The position numbers and the translations under genes are program-made. A stretch of DNA of 64,000 bases from Candidatus Moraniibacteriota bacterium. GTDB taxonomy: Bacteria; Patescibacteriota; Minisyncoccia; Moranbacterales; GCA-2747515. The notes beneath the pieces were generated by a model, which worked only from the letters and a program-made list of their open reading frames with translations, had not been told where the DNA came from and did no database searches. How positions within the stretch are numbered: position 1 is the first letter of the stretch; every line of letters begins with the position of its first letter. This document shows, piece after piece, positions 48,853 to 59,400 of this stretch. The DNA lies in assembly GCA_027031495.1 (NCBI GenBank), contig JALVQA010000013.1, positions 5,714 through 69,713 on the forward strand. The letters run 5' to 3'.

Positions 48853-50418
48853 TTACCGCTTGCGACTCACAACTACCACTATTGTACCATCACTCAGTTG
48901 GACATTCAACTCTTCGCCACTATAGACATCTGCAACGTGACGCACAACACCGCGCTGACCGCGCACAATTGCATACCCGCGCGCAAGAAGTCTCTGTGGA
49001 TTATGCATCATAAGCATTTTTTCTATCGTTACTATATGTGCATGCGCACGACGTAGCAGTTGCTTCTGCGCAGTACACAGATACTTCGCTACACGTACAA
49101 TATGCTCTCGCCGTGCACGTATCGCTTGTGCATACACAAAAATACACTGCACAAACCTTTGTTGCACACGTGTATAACGCGCCAGCACATCACTAAAACG
49201 TTGCGTCAATGCTGTCGCGGCATGTGTTATGTGATTGCGCGTATTTGTGAGTACAGTGTCATACGCATTGAACAGATCATATTGTCTTTGCCGTACGTGT
49301 GTGCGTGCCTGTGTCCACGACACACATAGTGCCTTTGCCGCAGCTGTCGGTGTAGAAACACCAACGTCCGCCACAAGCGTTGTCAATGTTTCGTCACGCT
49401 CGTGCCCAATGCCAGCAATCACCGGCACGGGAAAAGTGGCAAGTGCGCGTACGATTTTCTCGTTATTAAACGCTTGCAAACTCTCCAGCGACCCGCCGCC
49501 ACGCGTAACGACAAGTACGTCAATGTCACCACGCTGTGCCAGCGCATGCATCATGCGAATGGCACCTATCAGTTCATGTATTGCATGTTGTCCCTCAACA
49601 GCACTGTGCACAAAACGTATATGCAGGCCGTGTGCGCCGAGATTTGTCATAAAATCACCGATCGCCGCACCATCACGTGACGTAATTAGACCAATGCGTG
49701 TTGCAAAATCTGGTATTGGACGTTTACGTTCAGGTGCAAAAAGTCCCTCTTTGGCGCATTTCTCCTTTAGGGCATCATACGCCTTTTTTAGCGCGCCCTC
49801 ACCGGCAAGTTCTACTGTCTCGCCGATAAAACTAAAGCCGTACTGCGCGTGATGTTGCGGACGTCCCGTCACAATTACTTCCATCCCATCGGCAAGCTCC
49901 ACACCAGAGAGTTCGTAAGCGTTACGAAAGACTGTCACGCGCATCACACCCGTTGCATCTTTGATGTGAAAGTATGCATGCCCCGTATGATTGCGTCTGT
50001 AGTCAACAACTTCGCCACGCACGCGCACGTGTTGAAAATGTGCCGCCATCAACATGTTGAGAGCACCGAGAAAATCACCCACAGAAAATGTTGTTTCTTC
50101 CGGCGACGCAAGAACCTCGCCTGTTTCAGCGTTATGCGCAACCGATTCAAGTGGAACTGTCTGTATATCATCGCACGTGCGCGTCGCACGCATGGGCGAG
50201 GTCATGTTCTCATCATTAAGTAATGCCAAAAGTGCCGCTCCATAGCGACGCACTTTAATCGCACCAATACCCTTTATACCAAGAAGTTCTTGTTCATTGC
50301 GTGGCACAGCATGCGAAAGCTCAACAAGTGTTTTGTATGGCAATACACGAAACGGCTCAACGCCCTCGCGTGCCGCTTGTTGTTGTTGCCATGTCACCAG
50401 TCGCTCTAGAAGTGTCAT
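48853..50418 (-). CDS. xseA: Exodeoxyribonuclease VII large subunit with N-terminal HRDC-like domain
   Basis: GHAYF.IKD OB fold, GLITS.DGAA..D, RGGGS, GIGHE.D, STPTAAA, L.RGY. Confidence 0.95.
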   Translation of the reverse strand: MTLLERLVTWQQQQAAREGVEPFRVLPYKTLVELSHAVPRNEQELLGIKGIGAIKVRRYGAALLALLNDENMTSPMRATRTCDDIQTVPLESVAHNAETGEVLASPEETTFSVGDFLGALNMLMAAHFQHVRVRGEVVDYRRNHTGHAYFHIKDATGVMRVTVFRNAYELSGVELADGMEVIVTGRPQHHAQYGFSFIGETVELAGEGALKKAYDALKEKCAKEGLFAPERKRPIPDFATRIGLITSRDGAAIGDFMTNLGAHGLHIRFVHSAVEGQHAIHELIGAIRMMHALAQRGDIDVLVVTRGGGSLESLQAFNNEKIVRALATFPVPVIAGIGHERDETLTTLVADVGVSTPTAAAKALCVSWTQARTHVRQRQYDLFNAYDTVLTNTRNHITHAATALTQRFSDVLARYTRVQQRFVQCIFVYAQAIRARREHIVRVAKYLCTAQKQLLRRAHAHIVTIEKMLMMHNPQRLLARGYAIVRGQRGVVRHVADVYSGEELNVQLSDGTIVVVVSRKR

Positions 50419-50530
50419 ACGTATCTATATTTATGCGTATATCATTATATCATACAAAACTCTTTACAAAATGTACTTTTTATGTTTTTATATAGTAAAG
50501 ACTGTAATATATATTATCATTGCAATTACC

Positions 50531-51769
50531 ATGAAATTTTCACCAGAAGAAGCGCTGTTGTCACCACATAGACAGGAAACGACAGATCCACGTGAGAGAG
50601 AACAGCAGCCAGTCGTAGAAAGAATACGCACAGCTCTTGCAACGATGCGCGAAAACGTTGGGTCATCCTATCACACCGTGTGTGACAGATTGCGTATGTA
50701 CAGACAGCGCATGCTAGATGATAGCAAAAAAGAGGATGTACCAAAAGAAGATCATATTGACGAAGGACGTCGTCGTTTCGTAGGCGCGCTTGGTGCCGCT
50801 GTACTTGTCGGCGCACTTCCAAAGAGTGTGCGCGCATTAGACCGCATTGACAGTAGCAATGAAGGAGAGGTTTGCCCTATTAATTTACTGCGCGGGTACG
50901 TGGAAATATATGTTTGTGATGAAAATGGTAAAAATTGTGAGTTTAAGTACACTGACCCAAAAACCGGTGAAACTTACTCTCGTGATGAAGCACTTCGCCG
51001 TGCCGGCATGTCATCACAAGAACCCACACAGCCAGTAGAGAAAACAGGAGAAAAACAGCAAGATCTTGACAGTGAGACAAGAGCTCGCATGAACACACAG
51101 AGGTACAGAGATGTAAAAGAACGTGAACGATGGCGGAAACCAGTCAGATTGACAGAGCAAGAACGCGCGCTTCTGAGAGAACAATTGGCAAACACTCCCA
51201 TTGATGGATTGAGTGAGAGGGAGCTTGAAAAGCTCTACAGGCGTGCTAACTTAACACAAAAGCGTCTAGAAAAGGATTCTTCCGCTGATTTATTTATCAG
51301 TGTTTTCAGTAAAAAATATGGCATCCCAAAGGATCTCATCCGCGCTGTAATCACGATGGAATCAAATGGTATGCGTACAGCGCTTAATCTTAACAGTGCA
51401 TGCGCCGGATATATGGGTGTCTCACCAATCGCCGCACGTGATGTAGGACGCGGGGTAATGGATCATCTTGTTACAGACAGAGAAACCTTAAAAAAAATTC
51501 ACAGAATTATTGAAACTAACGATAAAAAGGCGATTGCCAGCCTGAGCTACGATGAAAAAACGACACTTAAAACACTTTCTACCATAATGGACACTGCGCT
51601 TAATATCGCTAGCGGTACCGGCTACCTTGCACGCACATTTCATGAGACAGGATCGCTTGTTGATGCGCTTAAAAAGTATAATTATAGCACGGATCCGCGC
51701 GCATACGCTTACCCTGTTATCGCTATTGCTCGCTACTTACGTAAGAAAAGAGAGCGACAGCAAAAATAA
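50531..51769 (+). CDS. Lytic transglycosylase (SLT)-like protein with internal twin-Arg/TM motif
   Basis: LIRAVITMES, GYMGV, NIASGTGYL, KYN; GRRRFVG at aa ~79; start at MKFSP. Confidence 0.75.
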   Translation: MKFSPEEALLSPHRQETTDPREREQQPVVERIRTALATMRENVGSSYHTVCDRLRMYRQRMLDDSKKEDVPKEDHIDEGRRRFVGALGAAVLVGALPKSVRALDRIDSSNEGEVCPINLLRGYVEIYVCDENGKNCEFKYTDPKTGETYSRDEALRRAGMSSQEPTQPVEKTGEKQQDLDSETRARMNTQRYRDVKERERWRKPVRLTEQERALLREQLANTPIDGLSERELEKLYRRANLTQKRLEKDSSADLFISVFSKKYGIPKDLIRAVITMESNGMRTALNLNSACAGYMGVSPIAARDVGRGVMDHLVTDRETLKKIHRIIETNDKKAIASLSYDEKTTLKTLSTIMDTALNIASGTGYLARTFHETGSLVDALKKYNYSTDPRAYAYPVIAIARYLRKKRERQQK

Positions 51770-51775
51770 ACATCA

Positions 51776-52303
51776 TCAGCGTTCTTTTTGGCACGTGCCC
51801 CACAAACCACGTTGTGCGGCGCGTGCATTTTTTTGTGCACTTTCTAAGATACGTGCATATTTTATATCCGGCCTGTATCGCCGCGCCTTAGCAAAACCCT
51901 CTTCTACAAGAGCTTTATTAACAAAAACATTATCCACATAAACATACCGCAAAAGCCGTCCATATTTATCAACATCCGACACATCTCGCTCCAGCGTCAC
52001 ATCTCTACCGCCGACAAGTGCACGATTGCGCGCTGTTGCCTCCTGCGCGTAGCATTCTTTCGTGTGTGTATAGCCAGTGCCAGTCTCCGGTGCATCAATA
52101 CCAATGTAGCGCACACGCCGCCCATCGCGCAAAACGACTGTATCACCATCAATAACGTATGCAACGTGCGCGCGCTCGCGTTGCTGCTGTGCATTTTTTG
52201 CAGTAGGAGAATTATTGAAGAATGATGTGTGTGTGGTGACAAAAACACTCCCTAACACACATACAACACTGACAATAATGATCTTTATGCGCCTAAGGTT
52301 CAT
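51776..52303 (-). CDS. Thermonuclease (SNase-like), signal-anchored
   Basis: VIDGDT, VRYIGIDAPE, DKYGRLL, RGLW. Confidence 0.95.
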   Translation of the reverse strand: MNLRRIKIIIVSVVCVLGSVFVTTHTSFFNNSPTAKNAQQQRERAHVAYVIDGDTVVLRDGRRVRYIGIDAPETGTGYTHTKECYAQEATARNRALVGGRDVTLERDVSDVDKYGRLLRYVYVDNVFVNKALVEEGFAKARRYRPDIKYARILESAQKNARAAQRGLWGTCQKER

Positions 52304-52318
52304 CTCGTGTATTTCTAT

Positions 52319-53629
52319 TTACACGCTTATTACATCACCGATGTACGGCGTATATATATCACTTGAGACATGCGTACGTGCGTACTGCGCAACGGCATCA
52401 AGCGCGCTATGATCGCCGTGTTGCAAGATCAATTTTTTGTGCGGAATTTTCTCAATTGTTTCATGAATTGCGCTCATGCCGTAGTGTGCGCTAAAATCAA
52501 ACTTTTGCACATCGCATGAAACGGAAAATGCCTTGCCGTGACGATAGAAGAGGCGATCTTCCCACAGTGAACGTCCGCGCGTCCCTTCCACCTGGTATCC
52601 TGTAAGAATAATCGTGCTATCCTGTCGCGTATACATTCTTTCCGTATAAAAGACCGATGGACCACCTTGTAGCATGCCGGATGTTGAAACAATCACAGCA
52701 CCGCGTCCGTCAGCGATTGCCTCGCGTGTTTGGCGTGTCGCAATATTTACACGGTGCATTACTCCTTTGAGTGCGTCACGCGCACGTACGTATGGATCGT
52801 CATCATGTATAATCACCTGTGCAATTTTGCGCGCCATTCCATCAAGATAAATCGGTATATGCTGTGGTAGTTGTGCAAGAATAAGTAAAATCTCCTGCGC
52901 CCGTCCCACGCCAAACGCCGGTATGAGCACATTGCCACCACGTGCATGCGCCGTGCGCACAGCTGTCAAGAATCTCTTTTCTGTTTCTGCACGTGGCGGG
53001 TGTTCACGATTGCCATAAGTTGTCTCTACAATGAGCACATCCAGTGGCGCACCCCATGTGTGCGTCATAGCAATCATCTGTTGCATAATTGTTGATGCAC
53101 TCATCAAGCGCGTCGGCTCAGAGCTCATATCCGCTGTATACAATATGCGCTTTCCTTCAAGTTCAAGCAAGATAGATGCACTGCCCGGGATATGCCCAGC
53201 ATTGAGATAGCGAAAACGCACGTTGCCATCCGGTGTTGTATATTCGTGATCATACTCCACGTTTTTTACGTCGCGTGTTGCACGCCGAATATCACGTTTC
53301 TTGTAGGCAGGATGCATTTTTGACAGCTGTGCGATGTGATACGCATCTTCCAGCAAAAGATTTGCAATCTTCCACGTCATTGGCGTTGTGTAGATGGGAC
53401 AGTCAAGTTTTTTGTGCTCAAAAAACGGTAACGCCCCAGCATGATCCATATGCGCATGTGACAAAAAAACCGCATCCACCTTACTGATACGATCTAAAAA
53501 TTCCGGATAAATAACGCCACCCTGAATAAATTTTACACCGGCATCAAGAAGGTACTGCGCACCGGCACTTTCTATTTCAATGCAACTTTTGCCAACCTCA
53601 TGTGCCGCGCCGTGAAAAATGATATTCAT
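52319..53629 (-). CDS. MBL-fold beta-CASP ribonuclease
   Basis: SHAHMDH, AGHIPGS, ETTYG, GRAQE, FSAH, HG. Confidence 0.93.
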   Translation of the reverse strand: MNIIFHGAAHEVGKSCIEIESAGAQYLLDAGVKFIQGGVIYPEFLDRISKVDAVFLSHAHMDHAGALPFFEHKKLDCPIYTTPMTWKIANLLLEDAYHIAQLSKMHPAYKKRDIRRATRDVKNVEYDHEYTTPDGNVRFRYLNAGHIPGSASILLELEGKRILYTADMSSEPTRLMSASTIMQQMIAMTHTWGAPLDVLIVETTYGNREHPPRAETEKRFLTAVRTAHARGGNVLIPAFGVGRAQEILLILAQLPQHIPIYLDGMARKIAQVIIHDDDPYVRARDALKGVMHRVNIATRQTREAIADGRGAVIVSTSGMLQGGPSVFYTERMYTRQDSTIILTGYQVEGTRGRSLWEDRLFYRHGKAFSVSCDVQKFDFSAHYGMSAIHETIEKIPHKKLILQHGDHSALDAVAQYARTHVSSDIYTPYIGDVISV

Positions 53630-53678
53630 ATTTTTTGATTTTTACATACGGATCATTTTTTCATTGTACCATGTCTAT

Positions 53679-53711
53679 AAAAAACGAGGGCACGTGTTTA
53701 TACGTGCCCTC
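53679..53711 (-). terminator. Intrinsic terminator
   Basis: GAGGGCACGT/ACGTGCCCTC 10-bp stem plus T-tract on minus strand. Confidence 0.75.
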
Positions 53712-53725
53712 TGAATTTGTTCTAT

Positions 53726-54034
53726 CTACCAGACATACACAACACATACACCCAGTGTAGTGAAGCACGCTCTCAGCGTCGTACAACGATTAATCGTATA
53801 TACTCCACTGGTAGTCAATATGTGCACACCTGGGTATAGTATTTTTGGCGTTAGTGGCGTCTGCGCTAGTCCAAAAAATTTCACACACCCTATACCGGGC
53901 ATTACAGTAAAGCCGTTTTTGTAACGGCACAATTTTCTGCACGCACACTGCCCCTCTCGCAATTGCGTGAGAAAAAAGAGATTATCTACTTGTACTGACT
54001 CCTCCTGATACAGCGGCAGTATGTTTGTTCCCAT
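53726..54034 (-). CDS. Hypothetical 102-aa Cys-rich protein, stand-alone unit
   Basis: AAGGAGGT SD 6 nt before ATG; own TTGATC-17-TACACT promoter (54071-54099) and terminator. Confidence 0.55.
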   Translation of the reverse strand: MGTNILPLYQEESVQVDNLFFLTQLREGQCACRKLCRYKNGFTVMPGIGCVKFFGLAQTPLTPKILYPGVHILTTSGVYTINRCTTLRACFTTLGVCVVYVW

Positions 54035-54122
54035 CGGCACACCTCCTTGCAAAACAAAAGAACCAGTCGCAGTGTAAAACAAAAAAGCACAAAGATCAAG
54101 TGTAAAAAATAGTACAGCAATG

Positions 54123-55370
54123 TTACTTGGCGTCCACACTGTCAGGTACGCGGTTTTTCTCGCGCGTAGCAATCCAATCCTGCGTCTTGGCAATACCGCG
54201 ATGTGCGCGATTTGTAAGGTCATTGATGATATGGAAGCGACGCTTCTTCTCTTTCCATGGAATTGTATCTTCCATGTCACGCGTCGCCGCCGTACCCGGG
54301 CGCGGCGAATAGCACGCAATAAATGCTTTTACGAAACCAACACGTTTCACCATCGCTACCGTTTCTTGAAAATCCTCTTCCGTTTCATCGGGAAAACCAA
54401 CGATAATGTCCGTAATGAACTGCACACCCGGCACACGCTCCTTTATCTTGTCAGTCAGTGCAATGTAATCATCGCGCGTATACCAGCGGTTCATTTTTTT
54501 GAGGATTTTTGTACTTCCGGCCTGTACCGGTAGATGCAAGAGCCGATCAATATTTTTATGCTGTGCGATTACATCAATCAATTCGTCAGAAAAATCCCAC
54601 GGGTTGGAACTTGTAAATGTCACTTTCTTTATGCCGGGTATTTGTGCAACGTCCGCCAAGAGATACGGAAAAAGCGTTGGAATGCGTGTGCGCCCAAGGT
54701 GTGAAACCCATACCGGCAAAACCGCTGTCCCATTCGGCAAAACATATTGAGCACCCTCCTCCTCCGTCATATTTTTCTTTGTTGCGAGAACAAGATCACT
54801 GCCATAAGAGTTAACATTTTGCCCCAAGAGCGTCACACTCGTGTACCCGTCTTTAACCAATTGCTTCACTTCAGCAATAATTTCATCATATGGACGTGAT
54901 ACTTCACGTCCGCGTGCGAACGGCACAATGCAAAATGTACAGTAATTATTGCAACCGCTTGAAATCACTACCCACGCATGGCGCGTATTATTTTCCTGTC
55001 GCTCCGGTATGTATTCAAAACCAACATCCTCAATCGGTAGAAGCTCTACATCAGGGATGCGTCGCGACAGTTTTCGTGCCAGCTTCCCACTCGGCTCACG
55101 CGCTGCGGCACCAACGATGCATCCCGTAAGCACAAAGTGTGGTTGTGGCCGTCCCTGTTTCGTACGTGTTTTTTTGATGTTGTGAATATAGCCATACACA
55201 CGTTCCTCAGCCATTTCACGCACCATACATGAATTTATTACCACAATGTCTGCAGTATCCACATCATCAGTCGGCATAAAGCCACGCGCGCGGTAATATG
55301 TTACCACGCGCTCAGAATCGGCTACATTTTGTTGACACCCAAATGTGCGTATAAAAAATGTTTTCCTCAT
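54123..55370 (-). CDS. miaB: MiaB-family radical SAM methylthiotransferase lacking TRAM domain
   Basis: TFGCQQN, NSC, TGC, CNNYCTFC, LGQNVNSYG, TDIIVGFP.E, YSPRPGT. Confidence 0.88.
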   Translation of the reverse strand: MRKTFFIRTFGCQQNVADSERVVTYYRARGFMPTDDVDTADIVVINSCMVREMAEERVYGYIHNIKKTRTKQGRPQPHFVLTGCIVGAAAREPSGKLARKLSRRIPDVELLPIEDVGFEYIPERQENNTRHAWVVISSGCNNYCTFCIVPFARGREVSRPYDEIIAEVKQLVKDGYTSVTLLGQNVNSYGSDLVLATKKNMTEEEGAQYVLPNGTAVLPVWVSHLGRTRIPTLFPYLLADVAQIPGIKKVTFTSSNPWDFSDELIDVIAQHKNIDRLLHLPVQAGSTKILKKMNRWYTRDDYIALTDKIKERVPGVQFITDIIVGFPDETEEDFQETVAMVKRVGFVKAFIACYSPRPGTAATRDMEDTIPWKEKKRRFHIINDLTNRAHRGIAKTQDWIATREKNRVPDSVDAK

Positions 55371-55420
55371 ACCATCCATACTACGCACAAAAAGACAATT
55401 GCACAATATGCATACCTCTC

Positions 55421-56362
55421 TTATGCTTTCTCAGCACCACGCTCTTGCGCACTTACACCGTACAAGACAATGCCACCGCCAGTTATAATGAGACTTCCTA
55501 TAACGAACCACCAATATACACGACAGTTATCAAAGAAATACCATGCCACGAGAGCACCCACAAGTGCTAAAACACTTATCACAAGAGCATTGCGTCGTTG
55601 CATGCGCTTGAGTATGACGGCAGCATTTATACCAAAGAGTGCGCCGAGGAAGAGAACCCATAGCCACCATGGGAGGAGATTGCTACATGACTGTGCGCCA
55701 CGCACTTCCCCGCTCGTACTGTCACTACTCGTCGCCTCGCTACCGGCAACAGTACCATTTGTATCTATCGTCTCTTCGCCGTCACTTTCCGTCTCAGCAC
55801 CAAGCACTTCACCTGCCGGTGCCGGATTACCACCAGCAATCTGACCGGCGCGCAGTGGTAGTGGCGCAGTTGTTGTCGTCGGCTTACCCTTAAAACCAAA
55901 CCTTATATCAAAGGATGTCTTTTGTCGCTGAAACTCATTACCGGCGTCTTCATTAAACTTTATCTTCAAAGTATAGCGATTTTTTTCGCCGGTCTCCAAT
56001 CGCTCCACAAAAACACTGCCTTCCTTATAAAGCTCATCAAGCGTGAATCTGTCGCCACTGCCACCGATATAATATTTTCCGGAGCTCTTATCAATAAGGT
56101 ATACCTTGAGCTGACTTGCAAACTTCTTATTCTTTAGGTCTTCAATTTTGAAATAGAGATCTTGTGGTTCACCAACGTTTTTGACAGTAATATCATGAAC
56201 TATACTGTCACCGGGCTTCATATTCTTCTCATTAACTATCGCATTTTTGTCACCATGCCAATCAACGTCAATGATAACCTCGGCAGACACGGTGGACGCC
56301 ATACCCAACACCATCGCTATAGCCGCAAAAAACGTTACTACTTTTTTGATACCCTGTTGCAT
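55421..56362 (-). CDS. TasA-like domain protein with C-terminal triple TM anchor
   Basis: NMKPGD....ITVKNVG, AGNEFQ....FDIRF; three C-terminal hydrophobic helices. Confidence 0.7.
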   Translation of the reverse strand: MQQGIKKVVTFFAAIAMVLGMASTVSAEVIIDVDWHGDKNAIVNEKNMKPGDSIVHDITVKNVGEPQDLYFKIEDLKNKKFASQLKVYLIDKSSGKYYIGGSGDRFTLDELYKEGSVFVERLETGEKNRYTLKIKFNEDAGNEFQRQKTSFDIRFGFKGKPTTTTAPLPLRAGQIAGGNPAPAGEVLGAETESDGEETIDTNGTVAGSEATSSDSTSGEVRGAQSCSNLLPWWLWVLFLGALFGINAAVILKRMQRRNALVISVLALVGALVAWYFFDNCRVYWWFVIGSLIITGGGIVLYGVSAQERGAEKA

Positions 56363-56411
56363 AAACTACAGTACTATTTTCTTAAATTAGGACGCTTATC
56401 TTTTTTATATA

Positions 56412-59400
56412 CTATACACTCTCTGATCCCGGCGCTACGACGCCGTCAACCAATTTTGGTGCTTGTTGATCGTCACCATCATTTCCATCACGATCCACAT
56501 CACCGTCATCCTTGCTCTCATCAAGACCTTTCTCTTCCTTTTTTTCTGGTGATTTTACCTTTTGACCGGCCTTGTCCTTATTTGACTTATTCTCCTTTCT
56601 TTCATTATCACCGTCTTTTTCTTCTTCTTTCTTTTCTTTTTTCCGAGCCTCTTTCTTATCGCTCTTCTCAGCACCCTTGTCTACCTCCTTCTCGCCATCT
56701 TTCTCTTTCATACTTTCTTGCATTTCTCGTTCATCGTCTTGTGCTTTCTTGTTATCAGCGTCAGTGCCATTCCCGCCATCTTTATCTTTTTTCTCACTGT
56801 TAGCGCTATCACCATATTTACCACCCTCCTTGTCCGCGTCTTCGTCGTCACTCTTCTCATCACCCTTTGTAGCGCCTGTTGCCACACCGCCTTCATCGTG
56901 TGCACCTGCGACGTCAGTACCCTCTTTTTTGTCACCACTTTCTTTATCGCCACCGTTTTTATCATCACTCTTGTCTGTCACATCACCTTTTGTTTCGGTA
57001 TCAGCTACGCCGGCGCTATCTGTCGCATCATGCGTATCACCTGCAACACCGTCATGCTTTTCTTGACCATCTTTTTTCTTATCGTCACTACCAGAAGCAG
57101 ACGCATCTTGCGCACCATCTTCATGCATGTCGCCACCAGCTGCTTCTTTTTCTCCCACTTCATGATCTGCTTGACGCGTCTTCAAGACACGCTGTGTATC
57201 ACCTTCTTCTTGACGCTCATCAAACAAGTCATACTTCTTCATGAAATCTTTGCTACACAGCGGTGCACCACTCTCGTCAAAGCAATGCTCTTTATAGTAC
57301 GCTCGCATCTCATCTTTGTCGTTGCTGATATTATTCTTTTTGCCCGGTGTTGGAATCGGATCTACCCATGCACCATCATGATCCCAGTCGCGTGCAATAG
57401 ACTTTCCTTCCTCTACAGCATCAGCATCGTACTCGTATTCATCAACCAGATTACCCTCATTATCAAAGAGTTTTACAGCATCACCGTTGTTGTTAAGGTA
57501 GAAGCTTCTGTAGTTTTGTATAACAAGACGCTCACCCGGTTCAATAGTTGTTGAACCAGTGTTTGTGTGTTTAACATCAATCACTCTCTGCTGACCATTA
57601 CTATCAGCAATATACCATCCGTCAACGTCAACATTATCATTGCTAATATTGCGAAGCTCTACCCACTCCTTGCCTACTGCCGGCTGTGGCATAAATTCGT
57701 TAAGTACAACCTGTGTATTCTCAATCTCTGTTGGAAAACCGGCATCTACAAGGTCTCGCGTTTCATACTGGCGCGCGTTGCTGACAACATCGCCGAGCCA
57801 CACATCCACAACCGTCCACGTTCCCGGGTAAGACCCCTTTCTTAAGGTAATGCTACCGGTACACTCAACTTCACCACTTGTGCCGGTTGGCGTGCAGTCT
57901 GCTCCATTGATATGCAGAAAACCATCCTCCTCGCCATTTGCTGCTTCTATTTCAACATTCATGCCATCAAGACCAGACATGTCGTCACGTACACGTGCTG
58001 TGAAGGTAATTTCTTTTGCGCCGTCAACCGTATTAACTACTTTTGGCGTAAAGTCAAATGCTTCAAGCACCGGCGCCTCAGTATCAGACACCATCGCTTT
58101 ATTAGTAATTTTCAGATAATCACTATACACCGCCACATTCCCGGCATAATCAGGGAGATAGAACATTAACATCCACTCACCTGATCGCGCACCTCGTGGG
58201 AATGTCACCGTTATGCTGTACGTACCATCCTGATCTGTCCCGCTTGTACGATCATCATCTGTAATTGGATAACGAAGACCGGTGCCACCTCCCACAGGAT
58301 AGAACATAAGATACGGTCGGTATGTGGCATAGCCATCACCGGCAGCAAGGCCTGTTATATTGTCCGTCACACGAAATTGTACAGTTACATCTTGCACATG
58401 ATCTTCTGTATTAATCACCATCGGTGTGACTGTTGTTGCGTCCTCAAGTACCGGGTGCTGTGTATCTGCAGGCGATTCTGCATGATTAGTAACAATTAGA
58501 TCACCAAAGTCGCCCAGGTCACCTACCTCATATCTCCTTGTATTACCCATGTTGTCGGTAAGCGCAATATACGTAAACGTCCATTCGCCTTGTGCTGCCC
58601 ATTGTGGTATATCAACGGTGATTTCATACTTACCATCCTGTTGTGTACCGGAAGTACGATGTTCATCTCTGATAAATTTCTCAACCGCGTTTATTCTGCC
58701 ATCTTGATATGTGCCCGCATTACCAATAATAAACTTTGTTCCAGAGTACGTGCTTGTATCAAGACCTGTTCCTCTATCTGTTATATGCATTCTTACAGTA
58801 ACTGTCTGTGGCCCATAATCAGTATTCACATCATGTGGTGCGATAGAAATACTCTCAAGAATCGGCGCTTCGGTATCCACTGAAGCGGACACGCCATTGT
58901 AAATTGTCACCGGAAGCTCCTGTCGCAAGAGATCATCCGTCAGCCACTGCGCATAATTGCCATTATCATCCACCAAGAAGAAACGACGCAATACCCACTC
59001 ACCTTGCTCAGCATCGCGTGGGAAAGTAACACTCGCCTTATACACACCGTCGCCCTCGGCAGTCGCATCTTGCAAGAGCGCAGTCACAGACTTGTTACCG
59101 GACGGTGATACAAAGAGAATGTATGACGGTACAGAACTTGTGCGAGACGGCCCGCCAATATGACTATCACTTGCGGTCTTAAAGTATACATCAACTGTCT
59201 GCTCACTGTCTGTCGTATCTATTTCGTTTGGATCAAAGCGCAAGATTGCCAAGGCCGGTGCAATGCGCCTGTATGTTATACCTTTTACAATCGGGCTGTG
59301 CTCGCTATTGCCAACGTTATCCGTCGCACTTGCTTTGATGCAGTACGTACCATCTGTCGACGGCGTCCACGAATAACTCCACGTAAAAGATGTGTTGTTA

